Position numbers and translations under genes: made by a program
The notes under the pieces: model-generated
What the model was told of the DNA's origin: nothing
The model's input: the letters and a program-made list of their open reading frames with translations, nothing else
Databases searched by the model: none
Assembly (NCBI RefSeq): GCF_000015805.1
Contig: NC_009073.1
Coordinates: 480,001-512,000, forward strand
Direction of reading: 5' to 3'
Length of the DNA: 32,000 nucleotides
Origin: Pyrobaculum calidifontis JCM 11548
Lineage (GTDB): Archaea; Thermoproteota; Thermoprotei; Thermoproteales; Thermoproteaceae
In this document: one piece after another, positions 1 to 7,966 of the stretch
How positions within the stretch are numbered: position 1 is the stretch's first letter
Layout of the letters: every line of letters begins with the position of its first letter

Positions 1-1072
1 CGAGGCCCGCCGCCATAATTGCAAAAGTTGTCGCCACCATTAGGGGGTGTGTGGCTACGTTTAGAAAAAGACTCAACTTGTGAGACTTGGGCATTTTCAG
101 ACTGAAAAGCGCAGATGCATATTTTGCAAATACATAGGCCGAGTTGTAGGTCCACCTGGCGTATTGCCTCTTAAATGCGTTATACCCAGCTGGGACTTCT
201 ACGTAGACGGGGGGCCCTGGCGTATAGCGCACTTGCCCGCCGTGTACATAGGCCCTCAAAGATATGTCATAGTCGTCTGCTGTACAGTTGCAGAAGCCAC
301 CTATCTCCTCAAAAAACTTCTTTCTCACAGCTATGCCCGACCCCAGGGCGAGCAGTGGGTGCCCAGCGTTGAATCTCCCCAATATTGCCAAGTGGTAGAG
401 CAGATACTTGTAGAGAAAGAGCTGAAGTGAGGCTATCGGCGTATTGACAGCCGCATAGCCGTCCCAGCCGAGGAAGAGTATTTCCCTGTCGCCGACGGCC
501 CGCGCCCTGGCGCACATGTCAAGCGGAGGCACGCTGTCGACGTCTAGGAAGAGGAGCACGTCGCCTCTGGCCCTCTCCGCGGCCCAGTTCAACGCCACCC
601 CCTTATACCCCACGGGGTTAGGCCTCCTCAAGATTCTCACATTTGTAAGCCCTAGGGCGTCTACGGCTTCTTTCAACTTCTCAAACTTCTCAGGCGGGTC
701 GTCGGACACTATTACCACCTCGGCGTCTGGGCAAGGGAGGGCGGCCAACCTCTTAACTGCCGCCGTCACGGTATCCACGTCCTCGTTCTTCACTGGTACA
801 ATTATTGAAAGAAAGCCGCCAGAGGCTTGAGGGGGGTCTGCGTGTGACTCGCGGACGGCGTGCCTGGCGTAGTAAATGTAGTGCGAAATCAACAGAAGCG
901 ACAATAGGAGGAGTGCTAGGTATATGAGAATTAGCGTGTTTTGCAACCACTCTGGCAGTAGAGGCGCGTTGGATATTACCACGGGGCCCTCCCTAGTCTT
1001 ATTTATCACCTGAAGAGTCTCGTTTAAGATGTCGCGCGGTATCGTGATGTTTAAAAAAGTGATATTGGCCAC
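1..1072 (-). CDS. Family-2 (GT-A) glycosyltransferase, membrane anchored; 3' end runs off the left edge
   Basis: Absent from the ORF track because there is no stop in the window. My own translation of the minus frame (codon top coordinate = 1 mod 3) is open from 1072 to 1. It reads ...LQNTLILIYLALLLLSLLLISHYIYY (TM)...FLSIIVPVKNEDVDTVTAAVKRLAALPCPDAEVVIVSDDPPEKF...NWAAERARGDVLLFLDVDSVPP...GSGIAVRKKFFEEIGGF..., a GT2 layout with a DxD-like DVD. GTG 1072 lies ~25 nt from the minus-strand TATA-like TTTTACATATAAAA (1091-1104). Alternative GTG starts are 1009 and 982. The plus-strand track ORFs 80..430 and 516..830 are antisense shadows. Confidence 0.7.
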   Translation of the reverse strand, partial: MANITFLNITIPRDILNETLQVINKTREGPVVISNAPLLPEWLQNTLILIYLALLLLSLLLISHYIYYARHAVRESHADPPQASGGFLSIIVPVKNEDVDTVTAAVKRLAALPCPDAEVVIVSDDPPEKFEKLKEAVDALGLTNVRILRRPNPVGYKGVALNWAAERARGDVLLFLDVDSVPPLDMCARARAVGDREILFLGWDGYAAVNTPIASLQLFLYKYLLYHLAILGRFNAGHPLLALGSGIAVRKKFFEEIGGFCNCTADDYDISLRAYVHGGQVRYTPGPPVYVEVPAGYNAFKRQYARWTYNSAYVFAKYASALFSLKMPKSHKLSLFLNVATHPLMVATTFAIMAAGL

Positions 1073-1150
1073 GCCCCGTGGTAATGGGTATTTTATATGT
1101 AAAACGCTGACCTCGACAGAGGCATATTATTAAACCCACCAACATTTTCC
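1073..1150. promoter_or_regulatory. Divergent promoter region (GT2 leftwards, thyX rightwards)
   Basis: Two A/T-rich TATA-like boxes. TTTTATATGTAAAA (1091-1104) is ~25 nt from GTG 1072 on the minus strand. ATATTATTAAA (1124-1134) is ~22 nt from ATG 1151 on the plus strand. Confidence 0.5.
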
Positions 1151-1891
1151 ATGTTCATTTTGGAGTCTCCGCGCGTTCGCCTTATTGGGGCTTGGGGCTC
1201 TGAGGCCCTCGTGTCTGCGTTCACCGACATGTTGTACCGCGGAGTGGAACCAGAGGAGGCGCTCAAGGCGCAGTCTGCCGACGTAGTCGAGAGGAGGATA
1301 TCTGCGTTCTACAGGCAGGGCCACTGGTCGGTCTTCGAGTTCATGGGGGCACAGTTCCTCGTGGAGTGCTCCCGCGCCTGCCACACCCAGTTCATACGCC
1401 ACCGCCTAGCCTCATACTGGTCTGAGTCCCAGCGCTACGTTGATTACACAAAGCGGGAGGTCAGATTCGTCGTGCCCAGGGGCTTCCCCGCAGACGTCCT
1501 GAAGAGGGCGTACGAGGACTACTTGGCGCTTAGGGGCCAGTACAAGCCGGAGTACGCGAGGATGGCCCTCCCCAACGCCACCGCTGTGCTGTTCGCAGTG
1601 CAAATGAACGCGAGGGAACTCCTCCTAAACTTCGTCCCACTGAGGTGCGCCGCGACGGCCCAGGCGGAGATACGCCACGTGTGTTGGCAGATTTTCGCCC
1701 ACGCGTGGCGCCTCTGGCCCACCCTGGCTAAGCTGGTGTGGGAGGACTTGCCCAACCTACACCGCGACTTCTGCACTAAGGTTCCCAAGGGGGCCGACTG
1801 CCGGGAGTACGCCATAAGAGACGCCGAGGAGAAACACGGCCCACTGCCAGAGAAGCCGTGGCTCTATGCGAGTCCTTATCAGAGGGCTTGA
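1151..1891 (+). CDS. thyX: Flavin-dependent thymidylate synthase ThyX
   Basis: 246 aa with the ThyX signature RHRxxSxxxxSxRY (FIRHRLASYWSESQRY). TATA-like box 22 nt upstream of the ATG. Confidence 0.9.
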   Translation: MFILESPRVRLIGAWGSEALVSAFTDMLYRGVEPEEALKAQSADVVERRISAFYRQGHWSVFEFMGAQFLVECSRACHTQFIRHRLASYWSESQRYVDYTKREVRFVVPRGFPADVLKRAYEDYLALRGQYKPEYARMALPNATAVLFAVQMNARELLLNFVPLRCAATAQAEIRHVCWQIFAHAWRLWPTLAKLVWEDLPNLHRDFCTKVPKGADCREYAIRDAEEKHGPLPEKPWLYASPYQRA

Positions 1892-2717
1892 GGCCGGGTC
1901 CGCCTACCTGGCCTATCTCTTGAGAGAAAGCGGCGTAGAAGTCGACATATATACCTCTAACCCGGCGGACCCCCTCTTGGACATACCGCCTTTTGAGCCT
2001 TTGTTCACCCTAGAGTTCTTGAGGGAGGTCCTCGCGGTTAGATTTGTGGAAAAGCCCGAGGGCAACTACGACGCCGTCGTGGACTCCTGCGACGTGGTGG
2101 GATTCGACGGTGTAAAAAAGGCGCTGGGGGATAAAAAGCCTACCTACGTGGTGGGAGATGGGTGGCTCTCTGCCTCAATTTCTCTCCACTGGTCTCTGCC
2201 GCTACCCGACGTGGAGGTGGACGTGCCGGGGGAGAGGACTGGGGAGTTTCAAGAGGTGGGGATCAAGTACAGATTATACACGGGGGGCCAGTACTCCATA
2301 TGCGGCAGTTTCAGAGACTCGTGGGGAGGTTGCCTCTACACCCCTCTGAGGGCTTTAGAGCGCATATCGGCGGCGGTGGACATATACGCCTCCCTAATGG
2401 GGCTTGAGGCGCCGAAGAGGAGGCTTAGGCTTGAATACGCCGTGGGCGGCGGCAGGGCGTATGTGGCCATTGGCTGTAGGCCAGAGGGCAAGGTGTCTAA
2501 GATAAACCTGGGCGATGTACAGACGTGGATGTACGGCGAGGAGGGGGGCCCGAGGTACGTGTTTATACAGGCCAAGGCTGAGCATCTGCCCTGGGTCTTC
2601 GCCATGTATAACTTGGCCAGAGCTGTAGACTCCGCCTTCTTATACGACTTTGGCGCCAGCGGCAGGGGGCCCCTCAACTACGCGTATGTGGGTCACCTAT
2701 TTAGAAAGTTGAGGTAG
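1866..2717 (+). CDS. Hypothetical protein with a degenerate N-terminal Rossmann-like beta-alpha-beta; overlaps thyX by 26 nt
   Basis: 283-aa ORF. The N-terminus MRVLIRGLEAGSAYLAYLLRESGVEVDIY resembles a dinucleotide-binding fold with a non-canonical glycine motif. I recognise no family. The only antisense ORFs are short. Confidence 0.55.
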   Translation: MRVLIRGLEAGSAYLAYLLRESGVEVDIYTSNPADPLLDIPPFEPLFTLEFLREVLAVRFVEKPEGNYDAVVDSCDVVGFDGVKKALGDKKPTYVVGDGWLSASISLHWSLPLPDVEVDVPGERTGEFQEVGIKYRLYTGGQYSICGSFRDSWGGCLYTPLRALERISAAVDIYASLMGLEAPKRRLRLEYAVGGGRAYVAIGCRPEGKVSKINLGDVQTWMYGEEGGPRYVFIQAKAEHLPWVFAMYNLARAVDSAFLYDFGASGRGPLNYAYVGHLFRKLR

Positions 2718-2748
2718 TGGCCCAGACGCCGTCAGGCCGTCTCACAGC

Positions 2749-2784
2749 GCCGCAGACGCGGCTCTCGACAGCCCGTCGCGGCGT
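2749..2784 (+). other. GC-rich imperfect hairpin followed by a T-rich tract
   Basis: CGCCGC-A-GACG-C-GGCT / loop CTCGAC / AGCC-CGTC-GCGGCG gives ~14 bp with two single-nt bulges. It is followed by TTTATATTT (2785-2793). It lies between the stop of the 1866..2717 ORF and the next gene. Confidence 0.35.
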
Positions 2785-2823
2785 TTATATTTGTTGGCGT
2801 GTTTAAAAACTTTCCCTGGCCTA

Positions 2824-3216
2824 ATGGCTTTAAAGCCGGGCTTTGCATACTCTGTGAGATGCAGATATGTTGAACTCAGCGTGGTGGTACACGCAACCGA
2901 GAGCTTAGACAAAGTCATTGACCTGCTGAAAAAGGCCTTCGGCGATCTACCCTTCGTCGTGGAAATCTACGAAGGCCACCACGGCAACCCGATCTACCTA
3001 GTGACGTCGTTTGTAGAAAACTGCGACACGTTGCTCGACAAGCTCTGTGGCTGGTTCAACGGCTCTATCCCGGCGACGCGGGGAGAAGATGAGGGCCTCT
3101 ACTACCTCCGCCTAGATAAACAAGCGCTGGCGGCTGGCGTGGTTAGACAAGCATTCCACGACGACGTAGTGAGATTGAAGATTAGGGTTAAGGGGGAGAT
3201 GTGCCGCTCCTCTTAG
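2824..3216 (+). CDS. UPF0201/COG1931-like predicted RNA-binding (exosome-neighbourhood) protein
   Basis: The ORF track starts at TTG 2791. ATG 2824 (MALKPGF...) fits better, since TATA-like GTTTAAAAAC (2802-2811) lies ~18-22 nt upstream. The motif [20 protein letters not shown] resembles the PTED..KV..A signature of the family as I recall it. It sits next to RNase P protein genes, as in the archaeal exosome superoperon. Confidence 0.5.
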   Translation: MALKPGFAYSVRCRYVELSVVVHATESLDKVIDLLKKAFGDLPFVVEIYEGHHGNPIYLVTSFVENCDTLLDKLCGWFNGSIPATRGEDEGLYYLRLDKQALAAGVVRQAFHDDVVRLKIRVKGEMCRSS

Positions 3217-3487
3217 CCCTGCGCATTGAGGCCGCGACGGCCTTGGCCTTCTTAGAAGTGCCGGCAACTCTCACGGTGCGGCACCCCTCTAGGAGCGCCA
3301 CCAGCGCCCTCACGCGCCTCAAAGCGTCTCTCGGGACGCCTACCACAAGCACGTCGTCGTAGATTGCGACTAACTGAAGCGGCTCTATCAACGCGGCAAA
3401 GCCAACCACTAGGTAGTATTCAAGCAACTCCACGTAGCAGGAGGGGGGATCAGCCGCCCTTATTATGAGGTAGCGGCGCTTAGACAT
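3188..3487 (-). CDS. rnp2: RNase P protein component 2 (Pop5/Rpp14 family)
   Basis: 99 aa. The N-terminal KRRYLIIR and C-terminal [11 protein letters not shown] match the Pop5 pattern (K.RY.. ... GVSGTIK.. in Pyrococcus Pop5, from memory). It overlaps the upstream Rpp30-like gene by 8 nt. Confidence 0.65.
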
Positions 3488-4004
3488 CGGAGGCGACTAG
3501 CTCCGTGAGTATGCCAAGGGAGTTTTTTATAGGGAGAGCCCAGTTTTCGTCCCCGCTTATTTCCACTAATAGGGCCGCCACGTCGAGCGGCGATTTTACA
3601 TCGGACGCGTTTTCCACGCCAGTTGCCACCACGGTGGCCTCTGGCTCTAAGACGTCTAGCCACTGGGCGAGGAGCGGGAGGTCCTTCAACAACGGCTTCA
3701 GAGGCAACGCCACGTATTTCCCATACCTAAGGGCGGCCCTGGCTTGGTCTCTAGTGATGGGCGTCTGGGGGTTCACCTCGATGACTTGAACATCGTCTCT
3801 ATACACAAGCTTGTTGAACTTCTCCCGGCCGCTAGCCACCGCCCACCTTATGTCGACCCCTCGCACAAACGGGGCAATTACCTCTGTCTCGGCCTCCTCG
3901 CGCAAGACGGCGGCCCTCACCCCCACTTCCCAAAGCGCCGCCTCCACCTCTGGCCCCACTCTTACCAAGTCCCACTCCACGAACCCCCTCTTCACAACTT
4001 TCAT
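3480..4004 (-). CDS. rnp3: RNase P protein component 3 (Rpp30 family), short form
   Basis: 174 aa. [11 protein letters not shown] and [27 protein letters not shown] resemble the Rpp30 segments VALGFSLRPLL and FLTSSAQ....R.PRDLISLG (from memory). It is adjacent to and coupled with Pop5. The start is uncertain: the palindromic TATA-like GTTTAAAT (4005-4013) abuts ATG 4004, so GTG 3980 (~26 nt from that box) is an alternative leaderless start. Confidence 0.55.
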
Positions 4005-4029
4005 GTTTAAATTCTGTGCGTATGTAGAC

Positions 4030-4085
4030 GTGTGATGAGGGGTATCAAATCAGTTGAGGTGTGAAGACCTCGCGACGGACTGATC
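4030..4085 (+). ncRNA. Box C/D sRNA candidate
   Basis: C box GTGATGA 4032-4038. C' GTGAAGA 4061-4067, then a 12-nt guide CCTCGCGACGGA, then D box CTGA 4080-4083. D' is either TTGA 4054-4057 (3-nt loop GGT but a 15-nt spacer) or a degenerate CAGT 4051-4054 (12-nt spacer). TATA-like GTTTAAATT (4005-4013) is ~23 nt upstream of the C box. The D box abuts the stop codon (4084-4086) of the opposite-strand ATP-grasp gene. Confidence 0.55.
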
Positions 4086-4983
4086 ATCTCTTGATTTTCT
4101 CCAGGAGGAGGTCTACGATGTGCTCCGCCGGGTTTATACCCACGGCGGCTTTAAAGCCCTGCCAACTCATTGTTGGGTTTACCTCCAGTATGTAGTAGCC
4201 GTCCTTAGTCTCCGCTATGTCTACTCCGCCGAAGTCTAAGCCCAAGACCTCCACGGCCTTGACGGCGAGCTCCTCCAGCTCCTGCGTGAGATACGCTGGC
4301 TCCGGCCTGGCGCCCTGAGCCACGTTGCTCTTCCACCCAGCCGCCCGCCTATACTCGGCGCCAATGGCCCTCTTGCCCACGACGACCACTCTATAGTCGC
4401 CGTCTCCCTTCTCCAAAAACTTTTGCACATACATAGGCTTGTTAATGTTAACCAACATGGAGAATATGTGGAAGGCCACGTCGGGGTCTTCCACAAGAAA
4501 GGCGCCGTAGCCCATGGCCCCGCGCATCTGTTTAACTACCGCCTTTCCAAACTCGCCCGCTGCCCTATACGCTATGAACATGTTCTCTGTCACCACTGTG
4601 GGGGGCACGGGGAGGCCGGCCTTAGACAACGTCATTAGGGCGGCCATTTTATCCCCAGCCACTACCCACGGCAATACGGGGTTCATGACGTATACGCCGG
4701 CCTCCTCCAGCGCCCTCACAGCCCACACCCTGTATAAGAACTGCTCAAAGTCTCTAAAAATGCCCAAGTGGCGCAACAACGCCCCGTCGAGCTCCACGGG
4801 GGCCGGCGCCTCTCTGCCTACAGCGTGTCTCACCTCGACGCCGCTTGGCCCCATCCTCACCTCCAACATGTCCACGTAAACTCTCACCGCCGAGTGACCC
4901 CTCCTCCTAATCGCCTCCTCTAAGTCCAAGACGTCGCCCGGGTTAAACTCCACCTCGTACGGCCTAATAATGCCGATGCGCAC
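4084..4983 (-). CDS. ATP-grasp ligase of the RimK/LysX family
   Basis: 299 aa with a typical RimK/LysX ATP-grasp layout (…VVKQMRGAMGYGAFLV…YVQKFL…DYRVVVVG…GGVDIAETKDGYYILEVNPT…). GTG start 4983 with minus-strand TATA-like CATAAAAAG (5002-5010) 23 nt upstream. Confidence 0.8.
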   Translation of the reverse strand: MRIGIIRPYEVEFNPGDVLDLEEAIRRRGHSAVRVYVDMLEVRMGPSGVEVRHAVGREAPAPVELDGALLRHLGIFRDFEQFLYRVWAVRALEEAGVYVMNPVLPWVVAGDKMAALMTLSKAGLPVPPTVVTENMFIAYRAAGEFGKAVVKQMRGAMGYGAFLVEDPDVAFHIFSMLVNINKPMYVQKFLEKGDGDYRVVVVGKRAIGAEYRRAAGWKSNVAQGARPEPAYLTQELEELAVKAVEVLGLDFGGVDIAETKDGYYILEVNPTMSWQGFKAAVGINPAEHIVDLLLEKIKR

Positions 4984-5005
4984 AGAGCTTTTGAAAATGG
5001 ACTTT

Positions 5006-5386
5006 TTATGCTAGTGGGGCTTGAACCTCTACCTCGGCCTCTGGCGGGTCTTGTTTAAGGTCGACCTTGTGATACACTTCTCTAGTCGGCGTGCCAAGCG
5101 ACTTGCCTTGCCCCAGGGCCCAGAAGAGGAGTGTGGCATATGCGTTGTCCACCTTTTCCACAGGGCCTGTGAATTTTGTCGAGGCCACTGTGGCCGGCGG
5201 AAGAGTCTTGTCGCCATTTGGGTCTGGGGTGAAGATTTCTACCACCATCTCGTGGCCCTCTTTACCGTGGAATATGAGAATTGTGTTAGGCTTTAGGTCT
5301 CCCAGAAGCGCGTTTCTATTCGCGACTTTTTTCACAGTGCTAAACCCCCTCAGCTCTGGCACCTCCTTTATCTCCACCTTGGCCAT
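5006..5386 (-). CDS. GyrI-like (SRPBCC/AraC effector-binding-like) small-molecule-binding protein
   Basis: 126 aa. The pattern VEIKEVPELRGFS...TKFTGPVEKVDNAYATLLFWALGQGKSLGTPTREVYH...EVEVQAPL fits the GyrI-like half-repeat as I remember it. Assigned by pattern only. Confidence 0.45.
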   Translation of the reverse strand: MAKVEIKEVPELRGFSTVKKVANRNALLGDLKPNTILIFHGKEGHEMVVEIFTPDPNGDKTLPPATVASTKFTGPVEKVDNAYATLLFWALGQGKSLGTPTREVYHKVDLKQDPPEAEVEVQAPLA

Positions 5387-5445
5387 GCGGCGGACGTCTT
5401 ACCCCTTATTAAACTTTACCTTTTTAGGAGGAGGTCTCTAAGACC

Positions 5446-6171
5446 GTGTACTTGGAGAGGCCGTCTGCGAAGGAGGCGGCTCAAGTCGTTAACTGGGGCA
5501 AGAGGAGGGGCATAGTCGTCGTTGTTGGACTGTGTGAAGTTAATTATGCGGGAAGGGCCGCTGCGTCTCTTAAGCGGGGCAAGAGGCTTTTAGTAGTGAA
5601 GCGGGATGGGACTCTGCTGGTACACGAGGCTGAGAAGGCTCAGCCCAAGATATGGAACCCCCCTGGCTCTTCCACCGCCGCGTTTGAGGAGAACGGCCGG
5701 CTTGTGGTAAAAAGCGTAAGACAGCGCCCGTTTGAGACTGTAAAAGTGGTCTTTGAAGAGGTGGACTTCGTTGGTGTCTTCGACGTTGGGGCCAGCGAGC
5801 TTGAGCTTATCGGCAGTGAGAAAGACGTGGTGGAGGCCCTTGTGAGGGCGCCCTGGCTCATAGAAGAGGGACTAGAAATTGTCGGCGTAGAGGTGCCCAC
5901 AGAGGTTGGCCACATAGACATATTGGCCCGCGACAGGGAGGGGCGCTACGTGGTTATAGAAGTTAAGAGGGACTTGGCGACTCACGATGCAGTGTTTCAA
6001 CTGGCCAGGTATGTAGAGGTTTATAAGGCCCGGGGGCACGACGTGAGGGGGGTTTTAGTGGCTGGGGACATTTCTTCTACAGCATATGAATATTTAAAGA
6101 GGTATAATTTGAAATTTGTAAAGATTAATCCAAGAGAATTGACGGCATCAAAAGATAAAAATAGGCTGTAG
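5446..6171 (+). CDS. nucS: Endonuclease NucS/EndoMS
   Basis: 241 aa, GTG start. The C-terminal RecB-like nuclease core is GHIDILARD...YVVIEVKR...QLARYV. The N-terminal beta-barrel half is typical of NucS. Confidence 0.85.
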   Translation: MYLERPSAKEAAQVVNWGKRRGIVVVVGLCEVNYAGRAAASLKRGKRLLVVKRDGTLLVHEAEKAQPKIWNPPGSSTAAFEENGRLVVKSVRQRPFETVKVVFEEVDFVGVFDVGASELELIGSEKDVVEALVRAPWLIEEGLEIVGVEVPTEVGHIDILARDREGRYVVIEVKRDLATHDAVFQLARYVEVYKARGHDVRGVLVAGDISSTAYEYLKRYNLKFVKINPRELTASKDKNRL

Positions 6172-6187
6172 TATAGGAGGCAAATAG

Positions 6188-6212
6188 AGGCAGGGACGCG
6201 GATTTCCTGCCT
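6188..6212. repeat. Hairpin AGGCAGG-(11 nt)-CCTGCCT just downstream of nucS
   Basis: 7-bp inverted repeat (6188-6194 / 6206-6212) with loop GACGCGGATTT. It is the only G+C-rich element inside the AT-rich island. Confidence 0.5.
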
Positions 6213-6362
6213 AATTTGTACTATAAACTATATTTAATATAATGCAGTTTTGCTTATTGGTAAATATGTCTTTATATGGAAAAGAAAGATGGTCGTATAC
6301 TTCTATTTTTGTAATATGTTAAAATTGTTGGCTGTTTTTTAAATACGTATACGTATACTTCC

Positions 6363-6581
6363 GTGTATAGAGTGCTGGTAAACAAGAGCTTGGACAGGAT
6401 CTTGGTGACAGGCAAGGAGAGAGACTTGCGCCTACTGGACGAAGGGTGGGAGATCGTATACGAGGCTGGGGATTGGGAAGAGGCGTTTGAATATGCCATG
6501 GAGATTGCTGAAGATGAAATTGTCGAGTGGTACTACGACGAGGCGGTCAAGAAAAAAGTCCACGTTTTGGCCTTCGCCTAG
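6363..6581 (+). CDS. Small acidic hypothetical protein (72 aa)
   Basis: GTG start ~21 nt downstream of TATA-like TTTTTAAATA (6338-6347). The sequence is very acidic (DEGWEIVYEAGDWEEAFEYAMEIAEDEIVEWYYDE). Its end overlaps the convergent aminotransferase stop by 4 nt. No family recognised. Confidence 0.4.
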   Translation: MYRVLVNKSLDRILVTGKERDLRLLDEGWEIVYEAGDWEEAFEYAMEIAEDEIVEWYYDEAVKKKVHVLAFA

Positions 6582-7903
6582 CTTTTTACCACGTCTATTA
6601 TAATTGACGCAGCCTTGAGAGCCATCTCGCGGGGTATTACGAGCGGCGGGGCTATTCGGATTGTGGAGAAGCCGGCGCCTATAACTGCGACGCCGCGCTT
6701 AAACGCCCTGGTCAATACCCCCTCTAAATCAGACTTTTTCAACATCTCTACTCCAATCATTAGGCCTAGCCCCCTCACGTCGTAGCCCTCCCCCAGCTCT
6801 TCTCTAAATACCTTTTTTAGTTCCTCGCCGAGGGACTCCGCGTGTCTTAGCAAGTCCTCTTCCTCTATCACTTCTAGGGTCGCCAAGGCGGCGGCCGCGG
6901 CGACTGGGTTGCCGCCGAAGGTGTTAGCGTGGGAGCCCCTTGGCAACGACATGACGTCGGCGCGGCCTATTATTGCGCCAAGGGGAAGTCCAGCTGCTAT
7001 GGCCTTCGCCGTGGCCATCAAGTCCGGCTCCACGCCGAAGTGCTCCACCGCGAACCACCGGCCAGTTCTCCCAAAGCCAGTCTGTACCTCATCCACGGCG
7101 AATAAGATGCCGTGCTCCGCCGTGAGCTTTCTCAGCCCCTGTATAAAGTTCTTCGGCGGGACCACGTACCCTCCCTCCCCCTGGATAGGCTCCACTATTA
7201 CCAGCGACACCTCGGAGGGGTCAACGAGCCTTTTGAAGACCCAGTCCTCTAGAAAGGCCAGGGCATACTCGCCGCACTCCTCCGGAGTGGAGGCCTTGAA
7301 GGGGCAGTGGACTGGGTGGGGGAACGGCGCATGAATCACGCCCGGCACAAGCGGGGAGAAGTGGCGCCGTTGCACCGGCTTGGAGGCTGTTAAGCTCATT
7401 GCGCCGTAGGTGCGGCCGTGGAACGCGCCTAGAAACGCTATGACGTAGGGCCGCTGGCCCTTGAAATACCCCCTAGCTATCTTCAACACCCCCTCTATAG
7501 ACTCCGCGCCGCTGTTTGTGAAAAACACCTTCTTCTTCCCCGATATGGGGGCTATTGAGACGAGCCTCTCGGCGAGTTTAACAGCAACCTCGTAGTAGAA
7601 GTCTGTGAGAGAGTAGTGGGTAAAAAGCTCCGCCTGCCTCTTTATGGCCTCGACCACCTTTGGATGCGCGTGGCCCACGTTGGTCACCGCTATGCCCGCG
7701 TTGAAGTCTATGTACAAGTTCCCATCGACGTCCTCCACCACGGGGCCATAGCCGCGCTTAATTACAAGCGGATACCACCTGGCAAAGGACTGCATTATCA
7801 GTTCTTCGTCTCGCCTCACGATCTCCATCGCCTTAGGCCCCGGAGGCTCGACCACTATCCTAGGCACCTCGTCTGGGTCAATTGGCCAGTGCCACTTGGG
7901 CAT
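6578..7903 (-). CDS. Class-III PLP aminotransferase (4-aminobutyrate/ornithine-type)
   Basis: 441 aa. DEVQTGFGRTGRWFA and the PLP-lysine context MATAKAIAAG are typical of the family. Minus-strand TATA-like TTATATA lies ~27 nt upstream of ATG 7903. Confidence 0.9.
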   Translation of the reverse strand: MPKWHWPIDPDEVPRIVVEPPGPKAMEIVRRDEELIMQSFARWYPLVIKRGYGPVVEDVDGNLYIDFNAGIAVTNVGHAHPKVVEAIKRQAELFTHYSLTDFYYEVAVKLAERLVSIAPISGKKKVFFTNSGAESIEGVLKIARGYFKGQRPYVIAFLGAFHGRTYGAMSLTASKPVQRRHFSPLVPGVIHAPFPHPVHCPFKASTPEECGEYALAFLEDWVFKRLVDPSEVSLVIVEPIQGEGGYVVPPKNFIQGLRKLTAEHGILFAVDEVQTGFGRTGRWFAVEHFGVEPDLMATAKAIAAGLPLGAIIGRADVMSLPRGSHANTFGGNPVAAAAALATLEVIEEEDLLRHAESLGEELKKVFREELGEGYDVRGLGLMIGVEMLKKSDLEGVLTRAFKRGVAVIGAGFSTIRIAPPLVIPREMALKAASIIIDVVKS

Positions 7904-7966
7904 ATATGTAGACTACAAAACACTATATAACAGTTGAACTGCTTTTAAACAGACACAACGTGAGAA

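Noticed and set aside
80-830. Plus-strand track ORFs 80..430 and 516..830 at the left edge
   Set aside because: The opposite strand encodes a continuous GT2 glycosyltransferase with clear motifs. The plus-strand translations have no recognisable features.
6070-6362. AT-rich island as a replication origin
   Set aside because: I could not find repeated ORB or mini-ORB-like elements flanking the A/T stretch, and no orc1/cdc6 or whiP gene is nearby. The island is kept as a finding, but the origin interpretation is unsupported.
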